Assembly (NCBI RefSeq): GCF_009914755.1
Contig: NC_060941.1
Origin: the human T2T-CHM13v2.0 reference genome, Homo sapiens
DNA: 64,000 nt
Direction: 5' to 3' (one strand)
Below are positions 45,690-63,203 of this stretch, in pieces. Each line of letters opens with the position of its first letter. Position 1 is the first letter of the stretch. The notes below the pieces were generated by a model that saw only the letters and a program-made list of their open reading frames with translations, searched no databases and was not told where the DNA came from. Position numbers and translations under genes: made by a program.

Positions 45690-47520
45690 TATTTATTTTT
45701 CTTTTGTTGAGTGCATGTAAATTTAAGATTTATTTTTACATGATAGGAAAAAGGTCTCCTTTCAATTTGCATTCTTTGGTTTCTAGTAGATTATATTTTT
45801 CCTTGTGATTATGTATCGTTGGCAATACATGACTTTTTCTCTGAAAAAGAAAGCTGAGCATGTTCTCGCTTTACTGCTTTGTGTATGCTATTTATATAGG
45901 GAAAAAATGCTAATCCTCCATCTGTCACAGGTATCTCACATCCTTTTACCAGTTTGTCCTTCACTTTTTATTTTTTTATATGGTCAATTTTACCTATAGC
46001 AGTTCCTAATTAATCTATAGTCAAATCCGCTCATCTTTTTCATTATATTTTCTGAATTCATTTTTATTGAAAATATTTCCTAACTTAAAAATATAGAGTT
46101 TATTCACCTAGATTGCCTTGTAATATCTATATACTTTTATTTTTACATTTAAATCCTTAGTATGTCTGAAACTATTTAAGTGGTTGGTTTAAGAGAGAGG
46201 TCTAATTTTTTTGTTTATCACAATTTTATGATCTATTTTACAATTTGTGTTAATATCTGTCTTCACAAGTTTCTTTACATTTGTCTGATTTTTCTAAAGT
46301 TTCATGGCTACTCTTGCAAGTATATTTTAAGTGAAAATTAGAATCAATTTTTTGTGTCAACTTCAATTCTATTGCAATTTTGTTTAGGATTGCACTGAAT
46401 TTATATGTTAATTTATGGTGAATTCATGTGTTTAAAATATATAATTTTATAAATTCTTCCATAGTATCTATCTCCACTTATTCAAGTCTTTTTTTTATTT
46501 CCCTTTGCAAAGTTTGTTGTTTTTAAGTAAAGTCACATTGATTATTGCTGATATATGGGAAACCTATTAATTGCGCACATTTATTTTATAACTGGGCAGT
46601 GTCAAAGATCTTAATAGTTCCAACAGTTTCTCAGTTTATCTTAAGTTGTCCAGGTCTAAGGGAATGGAAATTTGTTTTCTGCTTCATTTTTATTTTCTGC
46701 CTTGGTTCACTGGCTGGTACTTGAAAGACAACAACATGATTAGCATATTATAGAATTAATATATTTTCTAAAAATCTATGTAGTATATTAATAAAATAAA
46801 TTACATGTCATGTTTATGTATTTTATTTATGAATATAGTATATATTATTTATGCATTATACACACTTTATATAAATTATATATTATAAAGTATACTATAC
46901 TATATTATGCAAACCAAATAATATATATCTTATACAAAATATCTATATCATATAGATGTTTATCTTATATATAAAACTATATGTATGAATTATATAAAGC
47001 ACATGTTTATATTATACAATAATATGTTAATATATAATTTAATAATTATTGATATATTACATAGTGGAATACTATTGTTATTGATACCTTGCCAGTGCCT
47101 CAAAAGTAATATTATATTATATGTATTATATTATATTAGTGTTGCTGTATGTTTTATATTATGTTATAATGTCTTATATTGATGATTACATACATTTTTG
47201 TTTTGTTTCTCTCTTAAATCGGATTTTTCTAGTCACTCACATCTGTATATGATGTAGCCTTTGGTATAGGATAGATATTCTAAGGAAGTATTTCTCTATT
47301 CCTATCCCACTAAGAGTAGTTTGCAAGATAGATGTTGAGTTTTTTTAAACGCTTTTAAAGCATATCAAAAGATGATGAGGTGGCTTTTCTTCTTTGACCA
47401 AGTAATGTGATATTGCTACCTTTCCTAATCTTCCTTGAATTTCTAGGGGAAAACAATCTGTCATAAATTTGGTTCTAGAAATTGCTAGTATTTTATTTGG
47501 GATTTTGCATCTATTTCATT
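45690..47520 (-). mobile_element. Degraded L1ME-type sequence with an AT-rich low-complexity insert (about 46730-47190)
   Basis: T-rich, with L1 remnants (ggattgcactgaatttata; attttatttgggattttgcatctat). Confidence 0.55.
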
Positions 47521-48110
47521 ATTAGTTGGGATAATGCTGGCTGGGGAACAAACCACAAAACTTCAACAGCTTAACAAGAAAGGTGTATTTCTTGCTTAGA
47601 AAGAGTTCAGAGAGGCTTTTCCTCCATGAAAAGCCTCCTTCAGTCTTGTTGCGCCATCATTCCCTACAGCGAGGGTGGCACTTTTTCTTAAGGGAGCAGA
47701 TAATAAATACTTGAGACTGCCCCTGTCACTACTCAACTCTGATGTTGTAGCAGGAAGGTTGCCATGGGCAGTAAGTAAACAAATAGGCATGACTATGTTC
47801 CAATAAAACTTTATTTACAAAAACAGGCTGCAGGCACACAGGCCTCAGTTTGCCATTCTCTGCCCTAGAGCTTTGTCATTCTCTGAATGTATCCAGCAAA
47901 GGGGGAAGAAAAGATGAGAAGTTTCATCCACTTATTAAAAAAAATCTCAACCTGGAAATGAACACATCACTTCCACTCACATTCCATTGTGAGAACAGTA
48001 CAAATGGCTGAGAAAGGTATTCTCTGGCTGAACAGCCATTTCCAGCACTGCCTCTGTATTATGGAAGGGGGATCCTGGTTTTTGATAAGTAGCTAGTCCT
48101 GTCTGCCACA
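47520..48110. mobile_element. Old MLT1 LTR interrupted by MER58A
   Basis: tagttgggataatgctggctg...cttaacaaga; cacatcacttccactcacattccatt. Confidence 0.55.
47670..47862. mobile_element. MER58A hAT-Charlie element
   Basis: gttccaataaaactttatttacaaaaacagg...cagtttgcc; 8-bp TSD cccta(c/g)ag. Confidence 0.8.
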
Positions 48111-49929
48111 ATATTCATAAATGATGCTGGTCTATGTTGTTTTTTATTTTTCAGATTTAAATGTCAAACCTACACATACTTCACAAAATAGTTTATGATT
48201 ACCTTTTCATATTTTTTCATGTTCTGGAAGCATTTAAATATGATCATAATGATTGGTTGCTTTAAAACATTGCTTACTAAAATCGTAGGAAACCAAGGAA
48301 ATTAAGAAACCAGTGCCTTTTCCAAGAGTAGTTCTTTGAGTTTTTTTCAATTTTGCCCATGATTATTTGTCCACTCAAATTTTCTCCTTAATTTGTACAA
48401 CTTACCTATTACTAAAAATTCTCACTCCCCTCCTGAATTTTAAAGTTATTGGCCTCAAGTAGTAGACAGTATTGGCTCCCAGTTGTTCTAAGTTTCTCTG
48501 AAGAATCATGAGCGCCCAGTGGAGGAAGGTAGTTGCGGGGAATTAGGATGTATAAAAAGAGAAGAGGTCTAAAATGAGGCTCCCACGCAGTAGTGTTTAA
48601 CATAGAAACAGGGAATCTGTGACTAATAAACAAAAGGAATGGCTAGAGAAAGAGGCAGAAGATACAGGGTGACTTAATCCAAGAAAAATCCAAAAGTGGA
48701 CAGCAGTAATGGGCAATTGAGCACCTGTTACTCATCTACGCATCAGCCTCTTTAGCAATGACCCTTTAAATGTGCCTGAGTTTTTAGGGGAAAGGTGAAC
48801 AGGAATATCATAAAGACAGAGAGAGTTGCTTAGAGACAGCTACAGAGAGCGCATTTAGAGACAGCTATAGAGACAGCTATAGTCCTTCCAATGGCGAAGG
48901 TGACCCAGCTCACTATTCTGTATGTCACTTCTTGTGATCATATCTTCTCCCTTGGTTGTGGTTGCACTGTGTATCATTCTTCCAGCCTCTGGGTATTTTC
49001 CCTCCCCTGTCCACGTGCCTTTCCAGATGTGTTTACATTTTCCAGCTCTCTCTGCAGCTGTGTTTCTGAGTTTCTGCCAAGCTCTGAGAGGATCATTTAC
49101 TCATTGTCTCCCTCCCTCCAAACTTCATTAAGGACCAACAATTCTCCAACCCTGCAATAGAAACTCTAGAATCTAGAACCTCTCCCAACACAGGGAAGGA
49201 CATTTTTGACAGAGGACTGTCCCTACCCTGGGATTTTCCTTCTTACTCCCAGACATCATCCCTCTTGCAGTCAGCTGGATGAAAGCACCGCGTCTCTTCC
49301 CCTCTCCTCTTGAGTACCAGTTTCTGATCCCACTCCCAGGCTGCAAGTTGACTTTCTGAATTCATAGAGTCTTACAGTTTCCAGGTGGAGGGAAAAAAAC
49401 AGGTTCATCACCCTAAAATGACATTCTGTAGGGTAATAGGGGACTTGGTCCTCCTCGGGGCTGTATCTGAGAGCATGCACCTCATTGCCTATTTCGCCTT
49501 CGTAGAAAACCGCTTATCAGGCCAGAACACTGAATACCAAAAGCATTGTGTTACATGAAAGCGATGATTCATGAGAACAGAAATGATATCCTGGAGTTTA
49601 GCATGGTCTTGCTCAGTTTATGAGTGGTAATTATTACTGAAATATCCCTCTGTGTTGAGACCCCTACAGGCTTACTTCTAGCTTGTTAATTCTCTCGCTG
49701 GTCATCAGAGCATTTTCTTCACTTAACGTGAACATCCCTTAGCTCCCACGAAAGTCGTATATTGTCCAGATGTCTGACTCCTGGCTTGAGTAAAACAGAA
49801 CCCAGGCTGGCCTTCCCAGCTTTACCAACAGTAGAAGGGCCCAGGTTTTCAGCTCCAAAAGACAAGCATCTTCTCCTAAAGTGTTCTCACCTTTTCATGG
49901 GACTGGGCCAGTCTTCCCACCTGAGTCAG

Positions 49930-50233
<304 letters not shown>

Positions 50234-50994
50234 AGTCTTTTTAAAAAAAGAACCCGTGATTTAGAATATATAGCCCCATTGTCAAACCTAAATTTGTTCT
50301 TTTTATCACCATGACCGTTTCATGTAGAAAGCAATAATTCAGCCCCTCCGGGGCTGGTCCAGAAGTCACCCATTTCTATCATTTACATTTATAAAAGATC
50401 CTGTGCTAGTCACTGCTCACCAATGTGCCCCACGCTTAGACTTCATAACAAAACCCTCCTATTCACTAAGAATCTAGTCATTCTTCAGAGACACCAAAAG
50501 TCTTCACCCTCTCTGATCGTTCATTTTGAAGGCAGCTAGATAATAACCATGGCCCTGAGTGAGATGGTAGGGCTGTTTGCTTTGGCATAAAAAAGAACAT
50601 TTTGCTTTGGCATAACTTTCTCATGAACAAAATCTATCATTCCATCATGAGAAATAATTTCCAAAGAGTAAACCACCCTTGGGGTAAAGAAACACACTGA
50701 GGCATACGTGACAAATACTTTGCTGAGGATGGTTCTGGGAAAGAGTTGGGCAAGAGAATCAGGGAGCTGGGAGTGTTGGAGCGTGTGGGAGTGGCGGGAG
50801 GAAAGGGTGAGCGCTGAGAGAGAAAGGAAGTGCCTGGAGTCTGCCTCTGCCGCCCTGTGAAGTAAGGGCTTTGCCTCTGTGGAAGCCATCTCAGGCATCA
50901 TTGAGAGGTGGGCAGGGCATGCCCAGGTGGGAGCTGAAGTTGGAGAGAGGCCTCTAGAAATCTGAGGGCAGCTTGAGGCTCTGGGAGGGGCTGA

Positions 50995-51279
<285 letters not shown>

Positions 51280-51404
51280 TAATGTTATTTTTCATCCCTA
51301 GAGGATTCACCTCAAGAGCAACGCAGGGCAGGTATTTACACAGGTTAACTGCTTTTCCTGACTTGTGTGGCCCTAGGATCAGGTGTATCAAAAGACATGA
51401 AGAT

Positions 51405-51934
<530 letters not shown>

Positions 51935-53009
51935 CTAAAGTGCCAGGGATCTGAGTAAAAAAAATTAGTCATTCCAACATCTACCTATTATGCCATTTCC
52001 ATAATAAAAGCATCTGATCGCTTTCCAGAGCAGTGAGTTCTGACTTTGGTTAGATAGTCCAATCAGTCTGTAGACTATGACATGCTAAATCTATGCAAAT
52101 GTCTTTAGGCAACAGCTACACTGAAACTATAGCTACCTTTCTGTGTACGACTTTCTCCCTTAGGACACAAATTTTGCTTCAGTCTCTTCCAGGATGTCAG
52201 GAGGTAGTCTGTCCATGATTTAAAATAGCTTCTATTGCAGTGGACCGGGCCAGCTCACAGGTTGATAAGGAAGGAGGCGCATTTTCATATTCTACTTCAT
52301 GGTTTCCTGCCCTTGGTGTGGGTCTTCACAGAAAGGTAACTAGGATTCCAATTATCTTGCTTTAATCTTGGCATTTTAAATGTTTATGCAAAGAAAGTAC
52401 AGCTGACTCATTCATCTGATCACTTCCAAGAGGGAGAGGAGAGGCTCCGAGTCACCAGCCCAAGATCCCCAAGGGGCCAGTGCCCAGAGCCAGTCCTGCG
52501 AGCATAGCCAGAGGATGATGTCAGGGCTTCCCAAAGCAGGTCCTTGTCATCACAGCCCCGACGCGTCTGCAGGGACAATAGCCAGCACACCGCTCTCCAT
52601 CAGCTCCCAGCCAGCCTCATGCTGGGGAAGATTGGAGCGGAGGCCCAGGGTCACACCACGGAGCCAGGAGACTTGGTCATTCCAGAGGCAGTCAGATAAG
52701 GTGACCTTTGTCCCTCTCTGCATGGGCTTGGCTTGAACCAGGAAGGAGAGGGAGTGGCATGCCAGCCTTTCCACCCACACTCCTCCTACTCTGAGGAAGG
52801 GCCGCCTTTGCTTTCCCAGAAGGAACCTCTCAGGACCAACCAGTTTTTCTGGTTCTGGAGTTGTGCTGACCTTTGCAAAGCTGACCAGAGGATAAACTGC
52901 CTCCCGGGTGGTCTGTTTATTTTTGATGATGTTAAACTTGAGACAAACAGATGCTCCTACCAAAAACAATAGCAACAATAGCAACAATAACAGCAAGAAA
53001 TTATTAATC

Positions 53010-53220
53010 ACTTACACGTCAGGAACTGGGCCCAGTGCTTTCCATATGTTATTACCTAATCCTCGAAACCCTGAAAGCTAGCTATTATGATGATGATTCC
53101 CATTTTATAGATGGGGAAACTGAGGCTCAGAGAGGTCAAATAACTTGCCAACTGTCACGCTATCCCTGAACTGGTAGAACCAAAAAGCAAACTCAAATGC
53201 GTCTGACTCCAGAACCCAGG
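53010..53220. mobile_element. MIR SINE
   Basis: cccattttatagatggggaaactgaggctcagagagg core. Confidence 0.85.
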
Positions 53221-54483
53221 GCCTTCTGGGCCACACCGAACACCACAGGAGGTGTTCATGCCAAAAGGAAGCCACTGCTATGTACTTACAGGAGCCCCTC
53301 CACTGTTAAGGTTTTTCCCATCAACAGCGACGAGCTAAGTCTATAGCTGTGTGTGGGCTCCCTGCCCTTTCCCTCATCTTCTGCCCTGGCAGTGGCAAAT
53401 CTAAACCAGTCACTTGTAGCCCTGAAAGAGTGGTGATTGACAGGGGCCCCCATGGTGAGATCTTGTGGCCTGGACAGCGACCAGTGGTCCTCAGTGCAGC
53501 TGTCAGTATGTTCTAACTTGGCACATTGTGCTTTTTAGATACCGGAGAGGAGTCATATTTGGGGCCTTGGCACTCATCCTGGTTGTTTACGCAGGTGTAA
53601 ACCCGTACGCGGGATGTAGTTCCATGCACTCATGGTTTCCTCATTTCATTGACTTAAGCAAGGGAGACTCCTACAAGCAATGTCTCTCCAGGGGTTGGCT
53701 CCTAAAATAGCCCTCTCCCCTGGCTGAAAGCACTTCTTTGTCATCCTCCCCAACCCAAGCATGCTAATGGCCACTCTATCATTTCTCGTCCACACGCCCC
53801 ATCCTTTCATTGTCAGACGCGCCCCTCTCCCTTTCTGCTGTCCTGTCCACCGCTGACAGTCACTTCAGGCTCCATTCAATCCCACCTCCTCCGGGAGGCT
53901 TCTTGGACAACTTCGCATCGCTGTCTCCTCTCTGTAACCACCACCAGCACTCACCAGGCAGTCTGGCCCGTGACAGATTCTCTGATTGTGTCCCATCCAG
54001 ATACAAGGATCTCCTTTCTCATGGTTTTCTGTCTCTTCTCTTAGCCATATCTTATCTGATCACACCTCAGCTTGTCTCTGCTCCTCTTAAAATGGGAAGG
54101 CTGGAGTTAAACGCAACAACTTAGGAATGCTCCGTCCAGCCCTGGGGAAAGGGGGATTGATTACCTACACCTTTATTCCAGATACTCAACTTCTAGACTT
54201 TTCGACATCATTCTTGTGCTTCGACCTGGGGTCACCAAATGCCAGGTGTCAGAGTGGAAAGGGCTGATTCACTGGTAGTAACTTCAGGGCTCCAACAATC
54301 TTTCCACCCCTTTACTGAGGCAAGTCCGAATTAAATTCATCGGGACTCTCCCTTCCCAGAATCTCCTGCCTTCTTTGTTCCTCAAAAGCAAGATGTCACA
54401 GTCAGTCCCTCAGATCTCAAAAATTCAGCTATTTTGTGGAATTCTGGAGACAGCCTTAGCATATGACCTATGTATACGAAGTA

Positions 54484-54886
<403 letters not shown>

Positions 54887-55044
54887 TCACCTGCTGACTT
54901 CCAGGAAAGATGACTAATTCTGCCACCCCCTCTACCAGGTGAGTCTGAGATTCCAACGGCTGATACTGTGGTCCTAGTTCAGTCTCAAAATAACTGGGTA
55001 GACCTGACCTTACAATGTGTTCATTTATTAAAAAGAAATGAGAA

Positions 55045-55350
55045 GGCTGGGTGCAGTGGCTCACGCCTGTAATCCCAGCACTTTGGGAGGCCGAGGTGTG
55101 TGGATCACCTGAGGTCAGGAGTTCAAGACCAGCCTGGCTAACATGGTGAAACCCTGTCTCCACAAAAATACAAAAATTAGCTGGGCATGGTGGCGCATGC
55201 CTGTAGTCCCAGCTACTTGGGAGGCTGAGGCCAGAGAATCACTTAAACCTCGGAGGGGGAGTTTCAGTGAGTTGAGATCATGTCACTGCACTCCAGCCTG
55301 GGTGACAGAGCAAGACTCCGTCTCAAAAAAAAAAAAAAAAAAAAGAAAGA
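55045..55350 (+). mobile_element. Alu with TSD
   Basis: TSD aaagaaatgagaa. Confidence 0.95.
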
Positions 55351-55876
55351 AAGAAATGAGAAAATGTGCCCCCTTCCTGAACTATTATGAAGTCTAACAA
55401 AGTTAGCTGTTTTTGCTATTGCTGCCACTGCTAGGTAAACTACTCAGCCACCTGCTATTTTTATTATTTGCTCTCTCTCTACTTGAAACAATGAAATTAG
55501 GGTTTTGGGGTCAGAAGAGGAGAAACCACCCTCTCTCCCCTTCTCTTAACATTTCCACCCATGTTAGAATATGTAGAAGATTTTGCAATTTGGTTAATTT
55601 CCTCTAATTTGTACACATCTGGGAGGTGATACCCTGTGTGGAGAGAGGAGGAGTCTTTGTCATGAGAAGTATCAGATCAGAGAAGGTCCACATGCATTTA
55701 GACTGAAGGAAGTGGGCAGGGGAGGTGACATCACAAAGCTCTCAGACCGAGGGTCCTGCTGGGCAGAGAAGACTGGCTGCCCTGAGAGGCTGACAAAGTC
55801 ACATGCAGGGTCTCTGAGAGTGTGAATGGCACTGGCCCGGGGCACGTGCCATGTGGATCCCAAGAAAATGCGGTGA

Positions 55877-56308
<432 letters not shown>

Positions 56309-57639
56309 TGATGAACATGTATTACTTTTATATTCGTGGTAAAGCGATAATGACTTTTATAAATAACCCTTGGAGCAGAAATGCTCAGCCCCAAACCCTT
56401 CCCAGTTAGTGGGCCGCCCCATGGGCCTGTGACTGGAGTTTCCCCCTGCCCTGTCCTTGCACGGCCTCCTTCCTGATGTGACACTTGGATGCCTGTGAGA
56501 GGGCCTGTGACAGATGCCAGCAGTGGTGGCGATGACAAGCCCAAAGCCACATTTGTTCCATTACTTCCAGCTCCTCGTTGCCTTTGCAATCCCTGCGGTG
56601 AGAGCTCCTTTCTCTTATCTGCACAAGGCAAGAGTCAAAAGTTCTTGTCAGTGTGATTGCAGAATATCAGACTGGAAAACTTCCTGATAATACCTAAATT
56701 CCTTTAGCGCAGAGCAGTCCCTGGACTCGGGTCAGGAGAGCTATGTGGCTTCAGCACATTGTGTACTGTGCAGCTGGATAATAAACCAGATGAAATTTGG
56801 CAAATAAAAACGTAAGGGACATATAAGGATGTCATTCTAGTCCCATCTGGTGTGATAACCCCTCTCCCACACCAATTTGTCTGTTCCCTTAGCAAAACCA
56901 TGCAGGCGGCGGAGGAAGAGTCTCTGCTTGTGTGAGCCATTGAGGAATTCCAAAATAGACACAAAGATATGAGGAATACAAAGAAATGCCAAATAATAAA
57001 AAATGAGGATCAAGCTGAGGTTTCTGAGACACATTTATGGCTTTTGTAAACAGTCATGCATTCGTTGAATGGCTCTTTGGGATGCACTGGTGACATTAGC
57101 TAATTCTGACATTTAGGAATTTAAACTTAGTAGCTGTCCTAGCTTATCCTTATTAACAAAGTTTGCTAAACATTGCGTGCTGTGCGCCCTGCTTTATGTT
57201 TGAAGATGATGCAAATGGCAGGCTGTCATCTCGATTCCATCTCTCATCGTAAAACCCGAGGGACACGGGCGCATGCTCCCACCATGTTTTCCTCTGGCCT
57301 CATTCTGCACCCAGCATTCCCTGTTCTTTCCTTACCTTCCCCAGTTTAGTTTCAAAAACATATGGGTTCCCAAAGAAAACAGGAAGAAATGCAGAAACGT
57401 GAAAATAAAGTTTAACAAGTGATGATAGACCTTTGATAGAGCACTCTTTCCTCCACGCCAAACAAACCGCTTTTTATAAACCAAATAATTTAAAGTATAG
57501 CTTCACTCTTACCTAAACTTAAAACAAACTGGAGAGAGAGAGGTGTATTTTTAATAGAAATGACACATCGAAGCATTTCCAAAAATGCCCTTTGATGCTC
57601 CTAAGCCACTGACCAAGTTCCTGGATTTCACCCCCTCAG

Positions 57640-57815
57640 GTAACCAGGTGAGTTTCTCCAAATCCACGGATGCTTTTGCCTTTGAAGAGGACAGCAGCAG
57701 CGATGGGCTTTCTCCGGATCAGACTCGAAGTGAAGACCCCCAAAACTCAGCGGGATCCCCGCCAGACGCTAAAGCCTCAGATACCCCTTCGACAGGTTCT
57801 CTGGGGACAAACCAG
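57640..57815 (+). CDS. MYOCD: MYOCD exon 6 (176 nt), Ser/Asp-rich linker
   Basis: ccccctcag|GT AAC CAG GTG...ACA AAC CAG|gtaaaa. Encodes NQVSFSKSTDAFAFEEDSSSDGLSPDQ...GTNQ. Confidence 0.96.
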
Positions 57816-58357
57816 GTAAAAAACAAAACAAACAAACGAAAAAAGTAAAACAGCATCTCAGTGTATTATCGTTTCAGTCTTAACATCAACACTGTTAACA
57901 GCTGGTTTTGCTTAGAGAATGCAGAGATGTCCCTGGCTGCCACAGCATTTTGATGCCTCTTCTCACTCTATTCAGCGCAGGCCTCTGTGTGGGGTGACAA
58001 AAGCTCCAGAAAACACTGAAAGAGAACCTCCAGAACTACACCCTTTAACTTATCCATTAAGCATCTGCTCTGCCAAGCAGATACCTTTTATCTCCATTTT
58101 TATGGACAAACTAGCTAAGACTCAGTGAGATTGGATGACTCGCCAACAATCTCCCAGCTAGAAAGTGCCAGAGCAGGACTGATTCAAAGTTCACCATCTC
58201 TCTATGCACTGAGGACTCACTACGGGGCTCCAGGGAGTGGAGAGAAGGAAACGCTGGCTCTCTCCAAGGCAGGGAGGCCCACGTTGCTTCTGCTTTTAGC
58301 AGGTTTCTACCTAGCAAGCTGCAGCAAAATTCAGCCCCAACCCAACCATAACATTCA

Positions 58358-58751
<394 letters not shown>

Positions 58752-59911
58752 GAATAATGATGATTATGAACAACAGTTCCTGCTACATATTAAGTGCTCA
58801 CTCTGGGCCAGGGGCAGTGCCAAGTGCATCACAAAAGTTTCCTCATTTGAAATCAGAGACCCCTCCAAGTAGGTATCATCGAGGTTGATTCTGACAGAGA
58901 AGGAACTAAAGCTCTGTGAGGCCGAGCAACTGGTGGGCTCTAGAAGTATGGCAGAGTGTCAGCCACGCCGGGGAAATCCAGCCAGAGGTATGGAGCCCTT
59001 AAGAGAGATGCACCCGGGCATCCACATATGAGGGGAAGGAGATGCGTAAGTGTGAAAGCCAGATGTGAGCTCTTCCAACTCTGTCTCTATCCAGAGAGCC
59101 CTTCAGACCCTCAGCCCCTTCCCTTTACCACTCCTGGCCTCACAGAAATTGTGCAATGAACTGAAATTAGATACATTTGAAAGCTGGGTTATTTTTTCCC
59201 ACTGAAAAGTACCATACAGATATTAGGGACAGTTAAAATAATTATCATTCAGTGCCTCGTTTCCCAAAACCATGCCAGTTACTGATCACCGTCATGCCTA
59301 TCTTCACCCCATCAGAGCAAACCTAAAGCTGCCAAGGAGAAAAAGTGAAATGGGAGGAAAAAGGGAGGCATGGAAAGCTGAGCTGAATACTTGTGTGTTT
59401 ATTGTGCAAGAGTGTATAATCAAAGCATTTTTCCTTCCCCTGCATGCCACAGCTGGTCTTTGCAGCCAAATTTCTTTGATAACATCAAACGGTATATCAG
59501 ATCATTTGTACACATTATTCTGACAGTAAATTCCTAAGCTTCTGATTTAAGAATGGTTTGAGGAAAAGGCAAGTTCTTTTCTGCTTCACCTTAGGAGAGG
59601 GGAAGAAGAGAACAAGCACCGAACAATGCCAGGCAAGATGCAAAAATCATTGTTTGTCATTTCTCCCGGCAATCATGTTTGACAGATGAGGACACTGAGG
59701 CTCCAAGAGAAAAGAATCCTTTGGGCCTTTGACAGGTGCCAGGCAGGGCTCAGGGAAGAACTGCAAAGCTCATTCCTCACCCCCCATGGAGAGATCATGG
59801 GCAGCCCTGGCTCCTTTTTGTCAGAGTTGAAACAGAGGAATATAGGAGAGAAAGAGAAAATAATTTTTCCCTTTACAGACTCTACCTCTGGTAAAGGTTT
59901 CTTATGACTTT

Positions 59912-60160
59912 ATACACATGCATGCGCACGCACACACAAACACACACACAGACTCACATATGTATACACACAAAACCACATATACATATACATGCCTGTG
60001 TGCACACATGTGCACACACACACACGTATACACCTAACATGCACACACACATATATACACACATGCTCATAAGCACGCATGCACGTACACACATACATGC
60101 ACATATAAACACTCAGACACACACTTGGAGATACACACACACACTTCCAAACACACACTT
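59912..60160. repeat. Degenerate (CA)n / (CATA)n repeat
   Basis: About 250 nt of alternating purine-pyrimidine sequence. Confidence 0.9.
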
Positions 60161-60427
60161 TCCCTTTTTCTGCTAACATCCTTTTTATCTACCTTGTTCA
60201 TTGTCCTACTTTCCCCCCAAATTCCTACACTCACTCTTCCCTGCTGCTCTTTTTCAATTGCATTATCAAGACAGGTGGACCTTGTCACACACAGGTGGAA
60301 CGCCCACACACCGAGACCAGATGTCCCAGTTTGCCTAGAACAGACCAGTTTTATACCTGTCTTTTGGAATCATTACTTAGAATGATTCCCTTTCTCTCTC
60401 AAAAGTGTTCTCAGCTGGATGATAAGT

Positions 60428-60530
60428 TTATATATATATGTATATATGTATATACACATAAACATATTTATATGTGTATACACATGTACATATATATACA
60501 CACACACATATATACACACATATACGTATG
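60428..60530. repeat. Mixed (TA)n / (CA)n repeat
   Basis: Alternating TA/TG/CA run about 150 nt upstream of exon 7. Confidence 0.9.
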
Positions 60531-60679
60531 TGACTCCTCCCACTGAGGGAGTAGGCTGATATTTACTTGGGTGAGAAGCTAGGATGAAAGCAGCAGAGGT
60601 ATATATACGGACTCTAACATTTCTGTGTCACACAACTTATTCCTGTATCTTCCTAATATCGGTAACATTTGGATTTCAG

Positions 60680-60805
60680 GATCTTGCTTCTGGCTCAGAA
60701 AATGACAGAAATGACTCAGCCTCACAGCCCAGCCACCAGTCAGATGCGGGGAAGCAGGGGCTTGGCCCCCCCAGCACCCCCATAGCCGTGCATGCTGCTG
60801 TAAAG
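60680..60805 (+). CDS. MYOCD: MYOCD exon 7 (126 nt, phase 0-0)
   Basis: ggatttcag|GAT CTT GCT...GTA AAG|gtacgg. Encodes DLASGSENDRNDSASQPSHQSDAGKQGLGPPSTPIAVHAAVK. Confidence 0.96.
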
Positions 60806-61319
60806 GTACGGACACATCAGCCTCCAAGCCCTGCCTGAGCGCTCGGCTCACAGAGCCGACTTGGAGCAGAACTTTCTGAGTTAGGTCTGACAACACGAGG
60901 AGAGTTACACGGAGGACCCAGGCAGAGGTTCAGCTCACTAGGAGGGTCACAAAACAGGAGATGAGAAATGGGTCACCATCCTTGCAGCACAGCAGAAGTC
61001 ACCTCTGCCACGGAGAAGGCTGTGGGTTTGCATTTCTTTGGAATCACAGCCCAGCCAGCACGTTCCCCACTTAAAAGATTTCATAAGCTCACCTTTGAGG
61101 TAGACACAGCTGATTGTAAGGCAGGATTTGCAAGTTTCATAAAATAGGTATACAGCAGTTGGATTTTATGCAAGGGAAGTAGCCCTGAAAAGCTTGCATA
61201 ACGTAAAACTTACATCATTCAAGCCAGTCTTCCGATGGAAATAACCACGGGGTTTCATTCATAGTAGGCAGGTAGCTAGAATCATTATAGCAAATGTTTA
61301 GTTTTCTCAGCATTATATC

Positions 61320-62110
<791 letters not shown>

Positions 62111-62217
62111 GCATCGCATCTCACAGTACACAGGCTGCTCTCTCTTCAGTTAATTGCCTGGTAATCATGTGGCCTTCTTTATAATGTTTTATCCCAAATA
62201 ACTTCCCTTTGTGTTCC

Positions 62218-62514
<297 letters not shown>

Positions 62515-62894
62515 TATCCCAAATAACTTCCAACTGATTTGGGAACACGTTTTCTCAGCTCGAGTGCCACCACTTAATGAATGTTAAAATGACTCTTACG
62601 GGACTTAAAAAAGATTGTAAATTGAAGTAAAAATCAATGATATAGTAACAGTTTTATGGTCTAATGGATGATAGACACTTCAGTTTGCCAATAAGGCTCC
62701 CCCACCAAACCACAAGAGCTTAAACCCAGCTGACAATTCACTCAGCTCAACAGGTCGGAAATTATGTGACTATCAATGCATTTTGTTCATTGCAGGGGAA
62801 GGAGGAGGAGATGAGTCCCGTTATTTCTAAAGCTGAGTATAAAAAGAAATGTTATTCATATTTCTATCACAGTATTTAAATTTTGCATAATTTA

Positions 62895-63203
<309 letters not shown>

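Noticed and set aside
48830-48881. tagagacagcta repeated three times
   Set aside because: A tiny slippage duplication with no further structure.
59904-60546. His/Thr- and Val/Cys-rich ORFs
   Set aside because: Translations of CA/TG repeats.
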